A DNA stretch of 62,926 nt, counting the filler. It is 4 parts of 4 records of this genome, joined end to end, with 100 filler letters (N's around TTAATTAATTAA, not from the genome) between each part and the next. Parts side by side here need not be neighbours in the genome. Positions count along the whole stretch, not along the records: positions 1 to 18,657 come from SRR31156797_494; positions 18,758 to 31,927 come from SRR31156797_502; 2 more parts are not named here. One strand, given 5' to 3'. Both the position numbers and the translations under genes were made by a program. Under the pieces are notes generated by a model. That model saw only the letters and a program-made list of their open reading frames with translations. It did no database searches and was not told where the DNA came from. Positions 11,090 through 21,146 of this stretch are shown piece by piece; the first letter of the stretch is position 1; every line of letters begins with the position of its first letter.

Positions 11090-12052
11090 ATGAAAAAGGA
11101 ATCAAGAGAAAAGATGTTTTCTACTACTCAGACATTCCTTAAAAATCCGCCAGTTATCATCTGGGGATCCGGAGCAACAGCTCCCTTTGGTCTTCCGATG
11201 ATGGGAATGTTGAATGATTCCCTAAAAGAGCAAATAGAAGACTTCAATTGTACTGATGAGAATTTGGAGGTTGAACTCGGAAAAGCCCAATATGAACTTC
11301 AAATGCCTGAAATACGCAAGGTAATCTGGCATACAGTCAATGCAGCGGATAGTGAAGTTCATGGAAAATTGGTGAATGGAGAAACCGATAATTTGAACGG
11401 TATAAGAACGATGATCGAAAAATTTCGGGAAGCTCATCCACAGGTAGTAAATATCGTTACGACCAATTATGACCGGGTGCTTGAACATGTAATGGCGTTT
11501 TATGACATTTTTTTTACAGATGGATTTGATGGAAGAGAATTTTCCATATTCAATGAAACGCTTTTTAAACATAAAAATATGATCAACCTAATAAAAGTTC
11601 ACGGGTCTCTGAACTGGTTTCAGATAGGGAGCCATATTCGTTATTTAAAGCAAAATAATGATGGTGCAGAACCAGTCATTATCTCACCCGGTAAAAACAA
11701 ATATCAGGAAGCTTATAGAAATCCCTATCGTGATCTAATTCAAAAGTCTGATGAATTAATCAAGAATGCATCAAGTTTTTTAGTTGTTGGATTTGGATTT
11801 AATGATGAACATTTGACGCCAAAAATCAAAGAAAAGGTTAACAGTGGAACGCCGCTGGTATTGATCACAAAGAATGTTACCAATAGCTGTAAAACTGAGC
11901 TGAAAGATGCTCAGAAGTACATCTTTTTACAGGAAGGTGAATCTACTGGACAAACTTCTATTCTGATAAAAACAGGAAAAGATGACACTTTAGAAGAACA
12001 CACAATTGATGGTGAATACTGGCAACTCTTCAAATTTATGGAGATTTTGTGA
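11090..12052 (+). CDS. SIR2-family protein (probable NADase effector)
   Basis: GSGAT...GLP, TTNYD, KVHGSLNW and GFGFNDEH. ATG 11090 chosen because GGAGGAG lies upstream at 11073-11079. Confidence 0.9.
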   Translation: MKKESREKMFSTTQTFLKNPPVIIWGSGATAPFGLPMMGMLNDSLKEQIEDFNCTDENLEVELGKAQYELQMPEIRKVIWHTVNAADSEVHGKLVNGETDNLNGIRTMIEKFREAHPQVVNIVTTNYDRVLEHVMAFYDIFFTDGFDGREFSIFNETLFKHKNMINLIKVHGSLNWFQIGSHIRYLKQNNDGAEPVIISPGKNKYQEAYRNPYRDLIQKSDELIKNASSFLVVGFGFNDEHLTPKIKEKVNSGTPLVLITKNVTNSCKTELKDAQKYIFLQEGESTGQTSILIKTGKDDTLEEHTIDGEYWQLFKFMEIL

Positions 12053-12053
12053 T

Positions 12054-13742
12054 ATGAATAATCAATCTTTGATTGGAAAAGTACAAAGTGTAGATACTGG
12101 GAATATCTCTGTTAAAGTCGATAAGGAAGAATTGCTAAATAGCGTTCAGATCAATCAAATTGTTCAGATACGGTCTACCAAAACCGGTGAAAAAATTATC
12201 GGTCTGATATCAAAAATCATGCGAAAGGCCGTTTCTGAGAAAATAGAAGAAACATCTGAGCCAGAATTGATTATTGAAAACTTAATGCGAGTCAACCTTG
12301 TTGGAACGCTCGTTGAGGCAAAAGGTATTGATCGCAATGTTTTCAAACGAACGCTTAATACCGTGCCAAGTATTGATGCAGATTGTTTTTTGCTTCAAGG
12401 AGATGACCTTTCTGCATTTATGAATATCATTTCATCAAACAGCGAGAACCCGCTAAAAATCGGGAAATACACGATCTCAGATGAATCTGACGCCAATTTG
12501 GATGGCAATAAATTTTTTCAGCGACATGCTGTCATTGTTGGCGGGACTGGATCTGGTAAATCATGGACCGTTGCCAATATTTTGGAGAAGGCAACCAAAC
12601 TAAAAGCTATCAACAGCCTAGTTTTTGATTTACACGGTGAATATAAACCGCTTGCGGACCTCCCAAATACGACACTTCTAAAAATAGCTGGACCTTCAGA
12701 TAAACCAGATGATGACAATATCATTTTTCTTCCTTATTGGCTCTTATCCTATGAAGAAATAGAATCCATTTTGCTTGATCGAAGTGATAGTAATGCACCT
12801 AATCAATCACGTGCCCTTTTCGATCTAATTATAAAATACAAAAAGGAAAAACTTGAAGCTGAAAAGAAACAAGATGTACTTGAAAATTTTACAGTAGAAA
12901 GCCCGATTTCTTACGATATTTCAAAAGTATTGGAAGATCTTGTTTTTAAAGATGAATCCGAAAGGCAAGAAGGTGCAAGGCCAGGAACGACAAAAGCTGG
13001 CCCACTAAACGGAAAACTGACCCGATTTATCCAGCGTCTTAAAAGTAAGCAATCAGACAAGCGCCTAAACTTTATTTTTAGTTCAGATTCTAAATTGCAG
13101 GAGTACGACTGGCTAGTTTGGCTCATAAATAATCTGCTCGGTTTTGGAAACGGCAATGGGTTGAAAATTATAGATTTTTCTGAAGTCCCTTCTGACATTC
13201 TTCCCCTTATTTCTGGATTAATCGGTCGCCTGATCTTCACTGTTCAACAATGGATGGATGAGGACAAGAGGCATCCTGTTGCTTTGTTTTGTGATGAAGC
13301 TCATTTGTACATACCAGCCGACCTAAAAGGCGGAATGGAAGAAAAAGGGTTAGCAAGTTTTGAGCGTATCGCAAAGGAGGGGCGAAAATATGGACTTTCG
13401 CTTGTGGTTATCAGTCAACGCCCATCTGATGTGAACAAAACTGTTTTGAGCCAATGTGGAAATTTTGTTGCCATGCGATTGACCAATCCTGATGACCAAA
13501 ATGTGATCAAACGTCTCTTTCCCGACAACCTAGGCGACTTTTCTGAAATGTTACCAATTCTTGACATTGGTGAAAGTTTAATTGTAGGTGATGCGTCGCT
13601 TTTACCAAGTAGAGTCAGGATTGATAAACCAAGTATTGAACCTAATAGTGCTACTGTAGATTTTTGGGATGAATGGGAAAAAGAGAAATCGGAAAGAGGT
13701 ATTGAGCAAGCCGTAGAAGCTTTAAGGAAACAACAAAAATAA
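12054..13742 (+). CDS. herA: HerA/DUF87 ATPase-translocase
   Basis: N-terminal HAS-barrel-like region, then GGTGSGKS, DLHGEY, DEAH, KEGRKYG and SQRPS. Start ATG is 1 nt after the SIR2 stop. Confidence 0.9.
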   Translation: MNNQSLIGKVQSVDTGNISVKVDKEELLNSVQINQIVQIRSTKTGEKIIGLISKIMRKAVSEKIEETSEPELIIENLMRVNLVGTLVEAKGIDRNVFKRTLNTVPSIDADCFLLQGDDLSAFMNIISSNSENPLKIGKYTISDESDANLDGNKFFQRHAVIVGGTGSGKSWTVANILEKATKLKAINSLVFDLHGEYKPLADLPNTTLLKIAGPSDKPDDDNIIFLPYWLLSYEEIESILLDRSDSNAPNQSRALFDLIIKYKKEKLEAEKKQDVLENFTVESPISYDISKVLEDLVFKDESERQEGARPGTTKAGPLNGKLTRFIQRLKSKQSDKRLNFIFSSDSKLQEYDWLVWLINNLLGFGNGNGLKIIDFSEVPSDILPLISGLIGRLIFTVQQWMDEDKRHPVALFCDEAHLYIPADLKGGMEEKGLASFERIAKEGRKYGLSLVVISQRPSDVNKTVLSQCGNFVAMRLTNPDDQNVIKRLFPDNLGDFSEMLPILDIGESLIVGDASLLPSRVRIDKPSIEPNSATVDFWDEWEKEKSERGIEQAVEALRKQQK

Positions 13743-14980
13743 TGAAAATCCTCCATACATCAGACTGGCACTTAGGGCGCTCCCTTTACGGCAGAAAACG
13801 TTATGATGAGTTTGCAGCATTTTTGGATTGGCTGGCCCAAACCATCGAGGATGAAGGAATCGATGCACTGCTTGTAGCTGGTGATGTGTTTGATACCAGC
13901 ACGCCAAGCAATCAGGCACAGAAACTCTATTATCGCTTTTTATTCCGGGTTTCCATATCTTGCTGCCGTCATGTTGTGGTTATTGCCGGTAACCACGACT
14001 CCCCATCATTTTTGAATGCCCCCAAGGAACTGCTGCGAGCGCTGAATGTTTATGTGGTTGGTTCCATGGCGGAAGTTTTGGAAGATGAAGTGATCGTTCT
14101 TCACAAGGATGAACAGCCGGAAGCAATTGTCTGTGCGGTGCCGTATCTGCGCGACAAGGATATCCGGACGGTCAAGCCGGGGGAAACCATCGACGACAAG
14201 AATGCCAAGCTCGTTGAGGGACTGAAAAAACACTATGCGGATGTCTGTGACATTGCGGAGCAAAAACGTTTCGAATTTGAAAAAGATGGGTATACAGATA
14301 TCCCCATCGTTGCCATGGGGCACCTTTTTACCGCAGGTGGCAAGACCGTTGACGGAGATGGCGTCCGGGAGCTTTATGTAGGCTCATTGACCCATGTGGG
14401 TGAAGATGTATTCCCTTCATCAATCGACTATTTTGCACTGGGACATCTGCACGTTCCCCAGTCCGTTGGTAGCATAGAACATATTCGCTACAGCGGATCA
14501 CCCATAGCTATGGGCTATGGAGAAGCAACTCAGGAAAAGAAGGTGGTTCTGATTGAGTTCAACAGTACCACTCCGAAAATTCAGGAAATTCAGGTGCCGT
14601 GCTTTCAGCAATTAGCCCGCATTGTGGGCTCACTGGATGATATCCACTCAAAAGTCGAACAGCTGAAAAAGGAAGAAAGCCATGCGTGGCTCGAGATTGA
14701 ATATACAGGTCGTGACATCATCGGGAACCTGTGGGAAATGGTCGATGACGCTTTGGCCGGCTCTGCCATGGAAATTAGGCGGATAAAGAACAATCGGGTT
14801 ATTGATCGAGTCATCAGGAGCATTGCGGAAGATGAAACCCTTGATGACCTTGATGCAAACGATGTGTTTGAACGCTGCCTTGAAGCGTTCGGGGTCCCTG
14901 ACGAAGACCGGAAAGAACTGACGGATTCCTACAACGAAATTGTCAATTTCCTAAATGATGAAGACATGAACGCCGAGTAA
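13742..14980 (+). CDS. sbcD: Exonuclease SbcCD subunit D (Mre11-like)
   Basis: HTSDWHLG, AGDVFD, GNHDS and LGHLH metallophosphoesterase motifs. TAATG overlap with herA. Confidence 0.95.
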   Translation: MKILHTSDWHLGRSLYGRKRYDEFAAFLDWLAQTIEDEGIDALLVAGDVFDTSTPSNQAQKLYYRFLFRVSISCCRHVVVIAGNHDSPSFLNAPKELLRALNVYVVGSMAEVLEDEVIVLHKDEQPEAIVCAVPYLRDKDIRTVKPGETIDDKNAKLVEGLKKHYADVCDIAEQKRFEFEKDGYTDIPIVAMGHLFTAGGKTVDGDGVRELYVGSLTHVGEDVFPSSIDYFALGHLHVPQSVGSIEHIRYSGSPIAMGYGEATQEKKVVLIEFNSTTPKIQEIQVPCFQQLARIVGSLDDIHSKVEQLKKEESHAWLEIEYTGRDIIGNLWEMVDDALAGSAMEIRRIKNNRVIDRVIRSIAEDETLDDLDANDVFERCLEAFGVPDEDRKELTDSYNEIVNFLNDEDMNAE

Positions 14981-14991
14981 GAAGGTCGATT

Positions 14992-17900
14992 ATGAAGATT
15001 CTTGAACTCAGATTTAGAAACCTCAACTCCCTTTACGGTGAATGGATCATTGATTTTGCAGACCCGGAGTATGTGTCCAATGGAATTTTTGCTCTGACTG
15101 GACCAACCGGTGCAGGTAAGTCGACCATCCTTGATGCCATCTGCCTTGCCCTGTACGGTCAAACGCCCCGCCTTGGAAAAATTACCAAGGGCGGAAACGA
15201 AATCATGTCACGCCAGACCGGTGAGTGCTACGCCGAAGTGCTGTTTGAATCCCAGGTTGGCCGCTTTCGTTGCCATTGGGAACAGCGCCGTGCTCGAAAA
15301 AGGGCTGATGGCAATTTACAGAGTCAGGAGCACCAGATTGCGGATGCCGATACCGGCAAGCCTATCGAAACCAAAAAGAGTCGGGTTTCCGGGGTCATTG
15401 AAGAAAAAACAGGAATGGACTTTGACCGTTTTACCCGGTCCATCCTGTTGGCTCAAGGGGGTTTTGATACCTTCCTGAAGGCAAACGTTGAGCAGAAGTC
15501 GAAGATTTTGGAACAGATCACCGGCACGGAGATTTATTCGGAAATTTCACGGCGTGTCCACGAGCGCCAGAGCGAAGAGCGGGAAAAACTGAAACTGCTT
15601 GAAGCTGAAATATCAGGCATTGTAATTCTGGAGCCGGAACAGGAAAAAGAAATTCAATTGGACCTTGATGCGAAGCAAAAAGAAGAAATAGTCCTCGCCG
15701 GCAAATCAGCTGAAACGGAAAAAGCCATTTCATGGTTGACTACTATTGATGGGTTGAAAATTGAAATCAGCAACCTTTTTGAAGAAGAGGTTAAGCTGCA
15801 GGGCGATGTTGAGGTATTCAAGCCGGAACGTGACAAGCTTGACCGGGCAATAAAAGCTGCTTCACTGGATGGCGCGTATGCAACGCTTTCAGCAATCCGA
15901 AAACAACAGTCGGATGATCAGATGGCCCAAAAAACTCAGAAAGAGGCTCTTCCCGAGTTGGAATCCTCTGCCAAGGAACAGGCTGAATTACTCAAGTCAG
16001 CTGAACAGCAGACTATCAAAGCCAAAGAAGAGCTGAAAGCTGCTGCACCACTCATTCAGAAAGTTCGCTCACTCGATCAGAAGATTGCTGAACAGGAAAA
16101 GGCTGTTTCAGAAGATGAAGAGAGCTGCAAGAAGGATGCGACAAAAATTGAAGCAGATAAACATGCCCGACTTGATGAACTGAAAAAACGGACCAAGGGT
16201 GAAAAAAAACTGAAGCTCGCTGACAGCTATCTCAAAGAACATGCACAGGATGAATGGCTGATCAGCGGTTTAGCCGGTGTGGAGGAACAACTGGGCAATC
16301 TGCTTTCCAGACAAAAAGAGATCGTTCAAAAGGAGGCCGATCTCAAGAAGGCTGACAAAACTCTGGAGCAAGCGGTAAAAAATCTCGACGACAGCACAAA
16401 GCAATGCGGCACCCGGAAGCAGGAACTTGACGACGCATTAAATAGACTTCAGCAAGGAAAAGATGCCTTGAGCGAATTGTTGGCTGAGCGGTTGCTGCGC
16501 GAATATCGCACCGAGAAGGAAAGCCTGCTTCGGGAAATGGCCTTTCTGGCAAAGATTGCGGAACTCGAAGATCATCGGACCAAATTGGAAGACGGAAAAC
16601 CTTGTCCGCTCTGCGGTTCGAATGAGCACCCATTTGCCGAGGGGAATGTTCCGCTGCCCGATGAAACCGAACTGAAAATTGAGTCGCTCACCAAGCTGAT
16701 CACCAAAGCTGAGGATCTGGAAGCCGCCAATAAAACACTGGAAGAAGCTGAAGCCACTGCCCGCAAGAATCTGACGGACAGTGAAAAGCTGGAAGTAACC
16801 GCATTGGGCGATAAGAAGGCAGCTGAAAGAACCCTTGCGGAATTGAAAGATGGCTTGGAGAAACTTCGAAGCGGCTTTAGCGAACTGAAACGGGCGGTAT
16901 CCGGCAAACTTCAGTCGCTTGGCATTGCCGAAATACCCGATGAGGATGTTTCATCGCTGCTTGAGTCTCTCAAGGGCCGTCTGAATGCATGGCAGGCTCA
17001 GGTCAAGAAAAAGGCGGAAGTCGAAAAACAGATTGCAGACATCGATAGTGAGATGAAGCGTCTGGATGCGGTCATTGAAACTCAAAGCACCGCTTTGGCT
17101 GAGAAACAGGAACGGCTGGAGATTTTGAAGAAGGAACATGCTGCCGGAAGCAATGAGCGGAAGGAATTGTATGGTGATAAGAAGCCTGACGATGAAGAAA
17201 GTCGTCTGAATAAAGCCGTTTCAAATGCTGAAGGAAATGAAAAGAAAGCGAGAACCCGGAACTCAGAACTACAGCAGGAATTATCTACTGCCAAAACGCA
17301 GGTCGAATCCCTGAAAAAGCGCATTGACCAGAGAGAGCTGGAACTGAAAAATGCGGAATCCGATTTTTCTTCAGCACTCGAACCGGCTGGGTTTTCAGAT
17401 GAAGAACAATTCCTTGAGGCCAGATTGACATCAGAGCAACGGGATGTCTTGTCGGCCAAAGCTAAGAAGCTGGATGATGGTCAAATAGATCTCAAGGCTA
17501 GACAAAAAGATCGTGAAACTCGGTTTACCAGCGAGATAGCGAAGAAGGTTACTGATAAATCCCTTGATGAACTGGACCCGCTGTTCAAAGAATATGAAGA
17601 ATCACTGAAAGAGCTGCGCGATGCTATTGCCGGTCTTAAACACAAGCTGAGCGTGAACAGGACTGCTAAAGAGCGTTCAAAGGAAAAGCAGAAAAACATT
17701 AAGGCACAGAAAAAGGAGTGCCACCGATGGGAAAAGCTGCATGGCCTGATCGGATCCGCGGATGGTAAGAAATACCGTAACTTTGCTCAAGGGCTGACCT
17801 TTGAGTTGATGGTTTCACATGCCAACCGTCAGTTGGAAAAGATGACCGACCGCTACCTCCTTATTCGTGATGGAGAGCAGCCCCTGGAGTTGAACGTCAT

Positions 17901-18249
17901 TGATAATTATCAGGCAGGTGAAATCAGGTCGACCAAGAACCTGTCCGGTGGTGAAAGCTTCATTGTGAGTCTTACACTGGCGCTGGGGCTTTCAAAGATG
18001 GCCAGCCGCAAAGTTCGCGTGGATTCCCTGTTTCTTGATGAGGGCTTCGGCACCTTGGATGAAGAAGCTTTGGAGACCGCCCTTGAGACATTATCCGGGC
18101 TCCAGCAGGACGGCAAATTGATTGGGGTCATCTCGCACGTATCCGCACTGAAAGAGAGGATCAGCACACAAATCACCATTAATCCTTTATCAGGTGGGAA
18201 AAGCACACTGGCCGGTCCGGGATGCACCAGGATTGTTAACAGTGAATGA
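14992..18249 (+). CDS. sbcC: Exonuclease SbcCD subunit C (Rad50-like)
   Basis: GPTGAGKS, long coiled coil, CPLCGS zinc hook, LSGGE and DEGFGTLD. Confidence 0.95.
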   Translation: MKILELRFRNLNSLYGEWIIDFADPEYVSNGIFALTGPTGAGKSTILDAICLALYGQTPRLGKITKGGNEIMSRQTGECYAEVLFESQVGRFRCHWEQRRARKRADGNLQSQEHQIADADTGKPIETKKSRVSGVIEEKTGMDFDRFTRSILLAQGGFDTFLKANVEQKSKILEQITGTEIYSEISRRVHERQSEEREKLKLLEAEISGIVILEPEQEKEIQLDLDAKQKEEIVLAGKSAETEKAISWLTTIDGLKIEISNLFEEEVKLQGDVEVFKPERDKLDRAIKAASLDGAYATLSAIRKQQSDDQMAQKTQKEALPELESSAKEQAELLKSAEQQTIKAKEELKAAAPLIQKVRSLDQKIAEQEKAVSEDEESCKKDATKIEADKHARLDELKKRTKGEKKLKLADSYLKEHAQDEWLISGLAGVEEQLGNLLSRQKEIVQKEADLKKADKTLEQAVKNLDDSTKQCGTRKQELDDALNRLQQGKDALSELLAERLLREYRTEKESLLREMAFLAKIAELEDHRTKLEDGKPCPLCGSNEHPFAEGNVPLPDETELKIESLTKLITKAEDLEAANKTLEEAEATARKNLTDSEKLEVTALGDKKAAERTLAELKDGLEKLRSGFSELKRAVSGKLQSLGIAEIPDEDVSSLLESLKGRLNAWQAQVKKKAEVEKQIADIDSEMKRLDAVIETQSTALAEKQERLEILKKEHAAGSNERKELYGDKKPDDEESRLNKAVSNAEGNEKKARTRNSELQQELSTAKTQVESLKKRIDQRELELKNAESDFSSALEPAGFSDEEQFLEARLTSEQRDVLSAKAKKLDDGQIDLKARQKDRETRFTSEIAKKVTDKSLDELDPLFKEYEESLKELRDAIAGLKHKLSVNRTAKERSKEKQKNIKAQKKECHRWEKLHGLIGSADGKKYRNFAQGLTFELMVSHANRQLEKMTDRYLLIRDGEQPLELNVIDNYQAGEIRSTKNLSGGESFIVSLTLALGLSKMASRKVRVDSLFLDEGFGTLDEEALETALETLSGLQQDGKLIGVISHVSALKERISTQITINPLSGGKSTLAGPGCTRIVNSE

Positions 18250-18372
18250 CAGGGATTGGTACCGTGCCATCAGATTCTATTCCTTGTGGACGAAGAGCTT
18301 AAAATCGGAGATGTGCTGGACGGTAAATACCTCGTTTTCCGCCCTGCATTTTCATCGCACAACCTTACCTGC

Positions 18373-18600
18373 CGGAAAAAACATGGCATTAAAATCAGCA
18401 TGGATTCAAAAGGCAGGGCTTTGGACAACATATTTGTGGAAAGATTGTGGAGAACTGTAAAATACGAAGAGGTGTACATCAAGGCCTATCAGTCGGCGAG
18501 AGATGCATTTCAACCTCTGAAAGCATATTTTTTGTTCTACAATAACAACCGATTACATCAAGCTCTGGGTTACCGTACACCAGCCGAAGTACATTTGTGA
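18373..18600 (+). mobile_element. IS3-family transposase OrfB, C-terminal remnant
   Basis: GIKISMDSKGRALDNIFVERLWRTVKYEEVY...YNNNRLHQALGYRTPAEV is an integrase-core C-terminus. The N-terminal part is missing. Confidence 0.85.
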
Positions 18601-18657
18601 AAAGACAAAGGAATGTTGACTGATTTAAATGGGGGCCAGCCCCCAAACCCCCGGGAT

Positions 18658-18757
18658 NNNNNNNNNNNNNNNNNNNNNNNNNNNNNNNNNNNNNNNNNNN
18701 NTTAATTAATTAANNNNNNNNNNNNNNNNNNNNNNNNNNNNNNNNNNNNNNNNNNNN
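18658..18757. other. Artificial contig linker (N44-TTAATTAATTAA-N44)
   Basis: N-runs flank a six-frame stop spacer. Identical to the other two linkers. Confidence 0.98.
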
Positions 18758-19164
18758 CCTACATGCTGCTGAACCTGGACGTCATAAGCCCAGCGTTCGC
18801 AACCCATAATATCCGCTCCCAGGCCCACGCCATGGCCTTGGCCGAGGCTTACGGCCTGGACAGGTCGGTGGTGGAGTTCCAGATGCTCTACGGCATGGGC
18901 GACCCCATCAAGCGCGTGGCCGTGGACATGGGCTACCCCCTGCGCGAGTATGTCCCGGCAGGGTCCCTGGCGAGAGGGTTGAAGTACGCGGGCCGCAGAT
19001 TCCATGAACTGGCCAGGAGCGACAACGCCCTGGCGCGCACCCTGCGCGGCAATTTCCATGGCGTGGAAGGGTGCGCTCCCGCTTTCACGGGGGAGGAGGA
19101 CATGGCCGATTCGGCGATTACCATGAAGATTCTCGCGGAGGCCCTTCAGCGGCGCTCCCGTTGA
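18758..19164 (+). CDS. Proline dehydrogenase domain, C-terminal fragment (runs off contig start)
   Basis: FATHN, EFQMLYGMGD and REYVPxG...YxxRR are PRODH motifs. Confidence 0.8.
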
Positions 19165-19200
19165 GACCCGTCATGGGATGTCCTCCTTCCATAAATGGAA

Positions 19201-20775
19201 CTATGGATTTTCACAGACAAAATTGGCGGCGTCATCCTTACTGCCGGAGCCCTTATACTTCGGAACCTTCGGAAAGACGCAAAGCGGGCGGGTGCGGACG
19301 ACTTTTCCACCCTTTGCCGTCTGTGACGCCATGACGCGGGTTGGGGCCACGCCCTTTTCAACCCAGTCTTCCAAGGGGGCCAGCAGGTCAAATCGATCGG
19401 GGCCCACTCCGGGGGGGATTTGACAATGGGCCATCCCCGGAACCATATACAAACGGAGAAAGCCTTCCGTTTCATCCAGGCCCCCCATTTTGTCGACCAC
19501 GCTTTCATAGTAGGCCACGGTCATGAAGGGGGTAACGGCGGGATCGGCCCATCCCTGATACATGATCATCTTTCCGCCCGCTGCTTTGAACTTGCTCAAA
19601 TCGGGAGACGTTGCATTCAGGATTTTTGCCATGTACGCCATTTTTTCAGGATCAACATCGAAATCAAATGAATAGGGGGAACAGTCGGAACAATCCGTTT
19701 CAAAGGCCGTGTATTTCATATGATCATTGGTCAGCATGGTCATGAGGGCGGGGAGGACTCCGCCGTAGGGCCCCGGCTTTCCGCCGATGATCCACAAGCC
19801 CCAGAATGTTTCCGATCCCATGGGGAGCCCCCCGGGGTAGAGCTGCTTTCCGGAGGAGTCTTTGGCCCCTCCGTAGAATTTCTTCAGCGCGACCACTTGT
19901 TCAGGGGTCAGACAGTTCTCCGTTTCAGTTCCTTCGCAAAGAAGGCTTTCCGCCTGAAACGCGCATTTTTGGGGGTCCACGATGATGCCGTCCACAACCC
20001 CGTCGGCACCGTCGCACTCTTCATAAACCGCCTTGGAAATGAGGGCAAGTTGTTCGTGGCCGATAATGGGTTTCCCGTCGGGTCCCCTGTTTGCCTGTAT
20101 GATCCAACTGCCGTGGGTTCCCACCAGGCCCGTCCAGTTGAGCGCCGGGGCGCCGCTGATGATCCCGTCAAAATCCTTTGGATATCGCTGGGCTTCCACC
20201 ATGCCCTGGCGCCCGCCATTGGAACACCCTGCGAAATAAGAATGGGCCGGCGGTTCTCCGTAAAAGGCCTTTATGATTTCCTTGGCCGCTCTGCACACCT
20301 CATGGGTGCCGCGATACCCGAAATCGATCTCCTTTTGCCGGGCATTATAGGCCCAGGTGCCGTCAAACATGCTCTTGCCCCAATGGCCCATGTCGGTGGT
20401 CGCCACGGCGTAGTGGCGCTTCAACCCGTAATTCATGGCATTGGTGAACCCCTTGCGATCCATCACACGCCCGCAATAGCCGCCGCAGCCGGCCATATAA
20501 AACTTCTTGTTCCATTGGGTGGTGGGGAGTTTTACCGTAAAATAGATTGCGGGAAGCACATATCCCGTAACCCGGCAATATTCCGGCAAATCATTTGCGG
20601 CATTCACCACCTTTGCCGACAGAATTACCGTGTCCGATATGGCCAGGTTTTTCAGATTTGCACACTGCGCTTGTGTATCCGTTTCTCCCGAAGCAATGGC
20701 ATGCAGCCCCAATGTCAACAGGGCGATCATCAAAACAGAGGCGAGCCTCTTGTGAATGGTTATTCCGGATCTCAT
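19201..20775 (-). CDS. Secreted tannase/feruloyl-esterase family hydrolase
   Basis: Signal peptide, GCSNGGRQG nucleophile elbow, YQGWADP, GMAHC (CS-D-HC motif) and RTRPLC. Confidence 0.92.
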   Translation of the reverse strand: MRSGITIHKRLASVLMIALLTLGLHAIASGETDTQAQCANLKNLAISDTVILSAKVVNAANDLPEYCRVTGYVLPAIYFTVKLPTTQWNKKFYMAGCGGYCGRVMDRKGFTNAMNYGLKRHYAVATTDMGHWGKSMFDGTWAYNARQKEIDFGYRGTHEVCRAAKEIIKAFYGEPPAHSYFAGCSNGGRQGMVEAQRYPKDFDGIISGAPALNWTGLVGTHGSWIIQANRGPDGKPIIGHEQLALISKAVYEECDGADGVVDGIIVDPQKCAFQAESLLCEGTETENCLTPEQVVALKKFYGGAKDSSGKQLYPGGLPMGSETFWGLWIIGGKPGPYGGVLPALMTMLTNDHMKYTAFETDCSDCSPYSFDFDVDPEKMAYMAKILNATSPDLSKFKAAGGKMIMYQGWADPAVTPFMTVAYYESVVDKMGGLDETEGFLRLYMVPGMAHCQIPPGVGPDRFDLLAPLEDWVEKGVAPTRVMASQTAKGGKVVRTRPLCVFPKVPKYKGSGSKDDAANFVCENP

Positions 20776-20863
20776 TTTTTCCTCCTGTGCGTGGCATTTG
20801 CGAAGGTGAACTTTTTTTGAGCCGTCAGAAGTTTTTCATGTATTCATGTGGCGGATGATGGTT

Positions 20864-20903
20864 CTTGCTCCCAGCAGCCCGCCAAGGTGCTGTTGGGAGC
20901 AGG
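20864..20903. other. Strong intergenic hairpin
   Basis: TGCTCCCAGCAGC (20866-20878) pairs with GCTGTTGGGAGCA (20889-20901) with one G-U pair and a 10-nt loop. No U-tract. Confidence 0.5.
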
Positions 20904-20954
20904 GTCGAAGGAATTTAAGATGCCTCGGCATGGGAAATACCTCTGATTTGCGGT

Positions 20955-21146
20955 TTAGCATAAAAAATAGAAAGCAAAGCCTTGGGATTTTGAGAGAACC
21001 GCCTCGGAGGGTATATTGCGGACGGTACTTGTAATGGGAGCAATGGTGACTTCACCGAGATCGTCCGGCACGGAATCGCGCGTTAAAATTAGAAAGGGTC
21101 TTTTTTTATCCGGTCTTATGAACTTGCGTATTTCGCCGCGTTTCAT
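20955..21146 (-). pseudogene. mazF: MazF/PemK toxin, truncated
   Basis: MKRGEI...PDKKRP.LILTRD...VTIAPITSTVRNIPSE, then the sequence diverges and stops at 63 aa. Family members are ~105-115 aa. Confidence 0.75.

Noticed and set aside
12006-12053. Longer HerA N-terminus given in the ORF track
   Set aside because: It overlaps the SIR2 C-terminus. ATG 12054, right after the SIR2 stop, is more plausible.
15600-17750. Repetitive Glu/Lys/Ala-rich sequence
   Set aside because: This is the ordinary SbcC coiled coil, not a DNA repeat.
18256-18372. N-terminal part of the 114-aa ORF as transposase
   Set aside because: It has no IS3-like motifs; similarity starts only near KHGIKISMD.
18702-18713. TTAATTAATTAA palindrome repeated three times in the window
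   Set aside because: It is a synthetic six-frame stop spacer inside N-runs, not biological.
19720-20820. 366-aa plus-strand ORF
   Set aside because: It is the antisense shadow of the tannase gene in GC-rich sequence and has no motifs.
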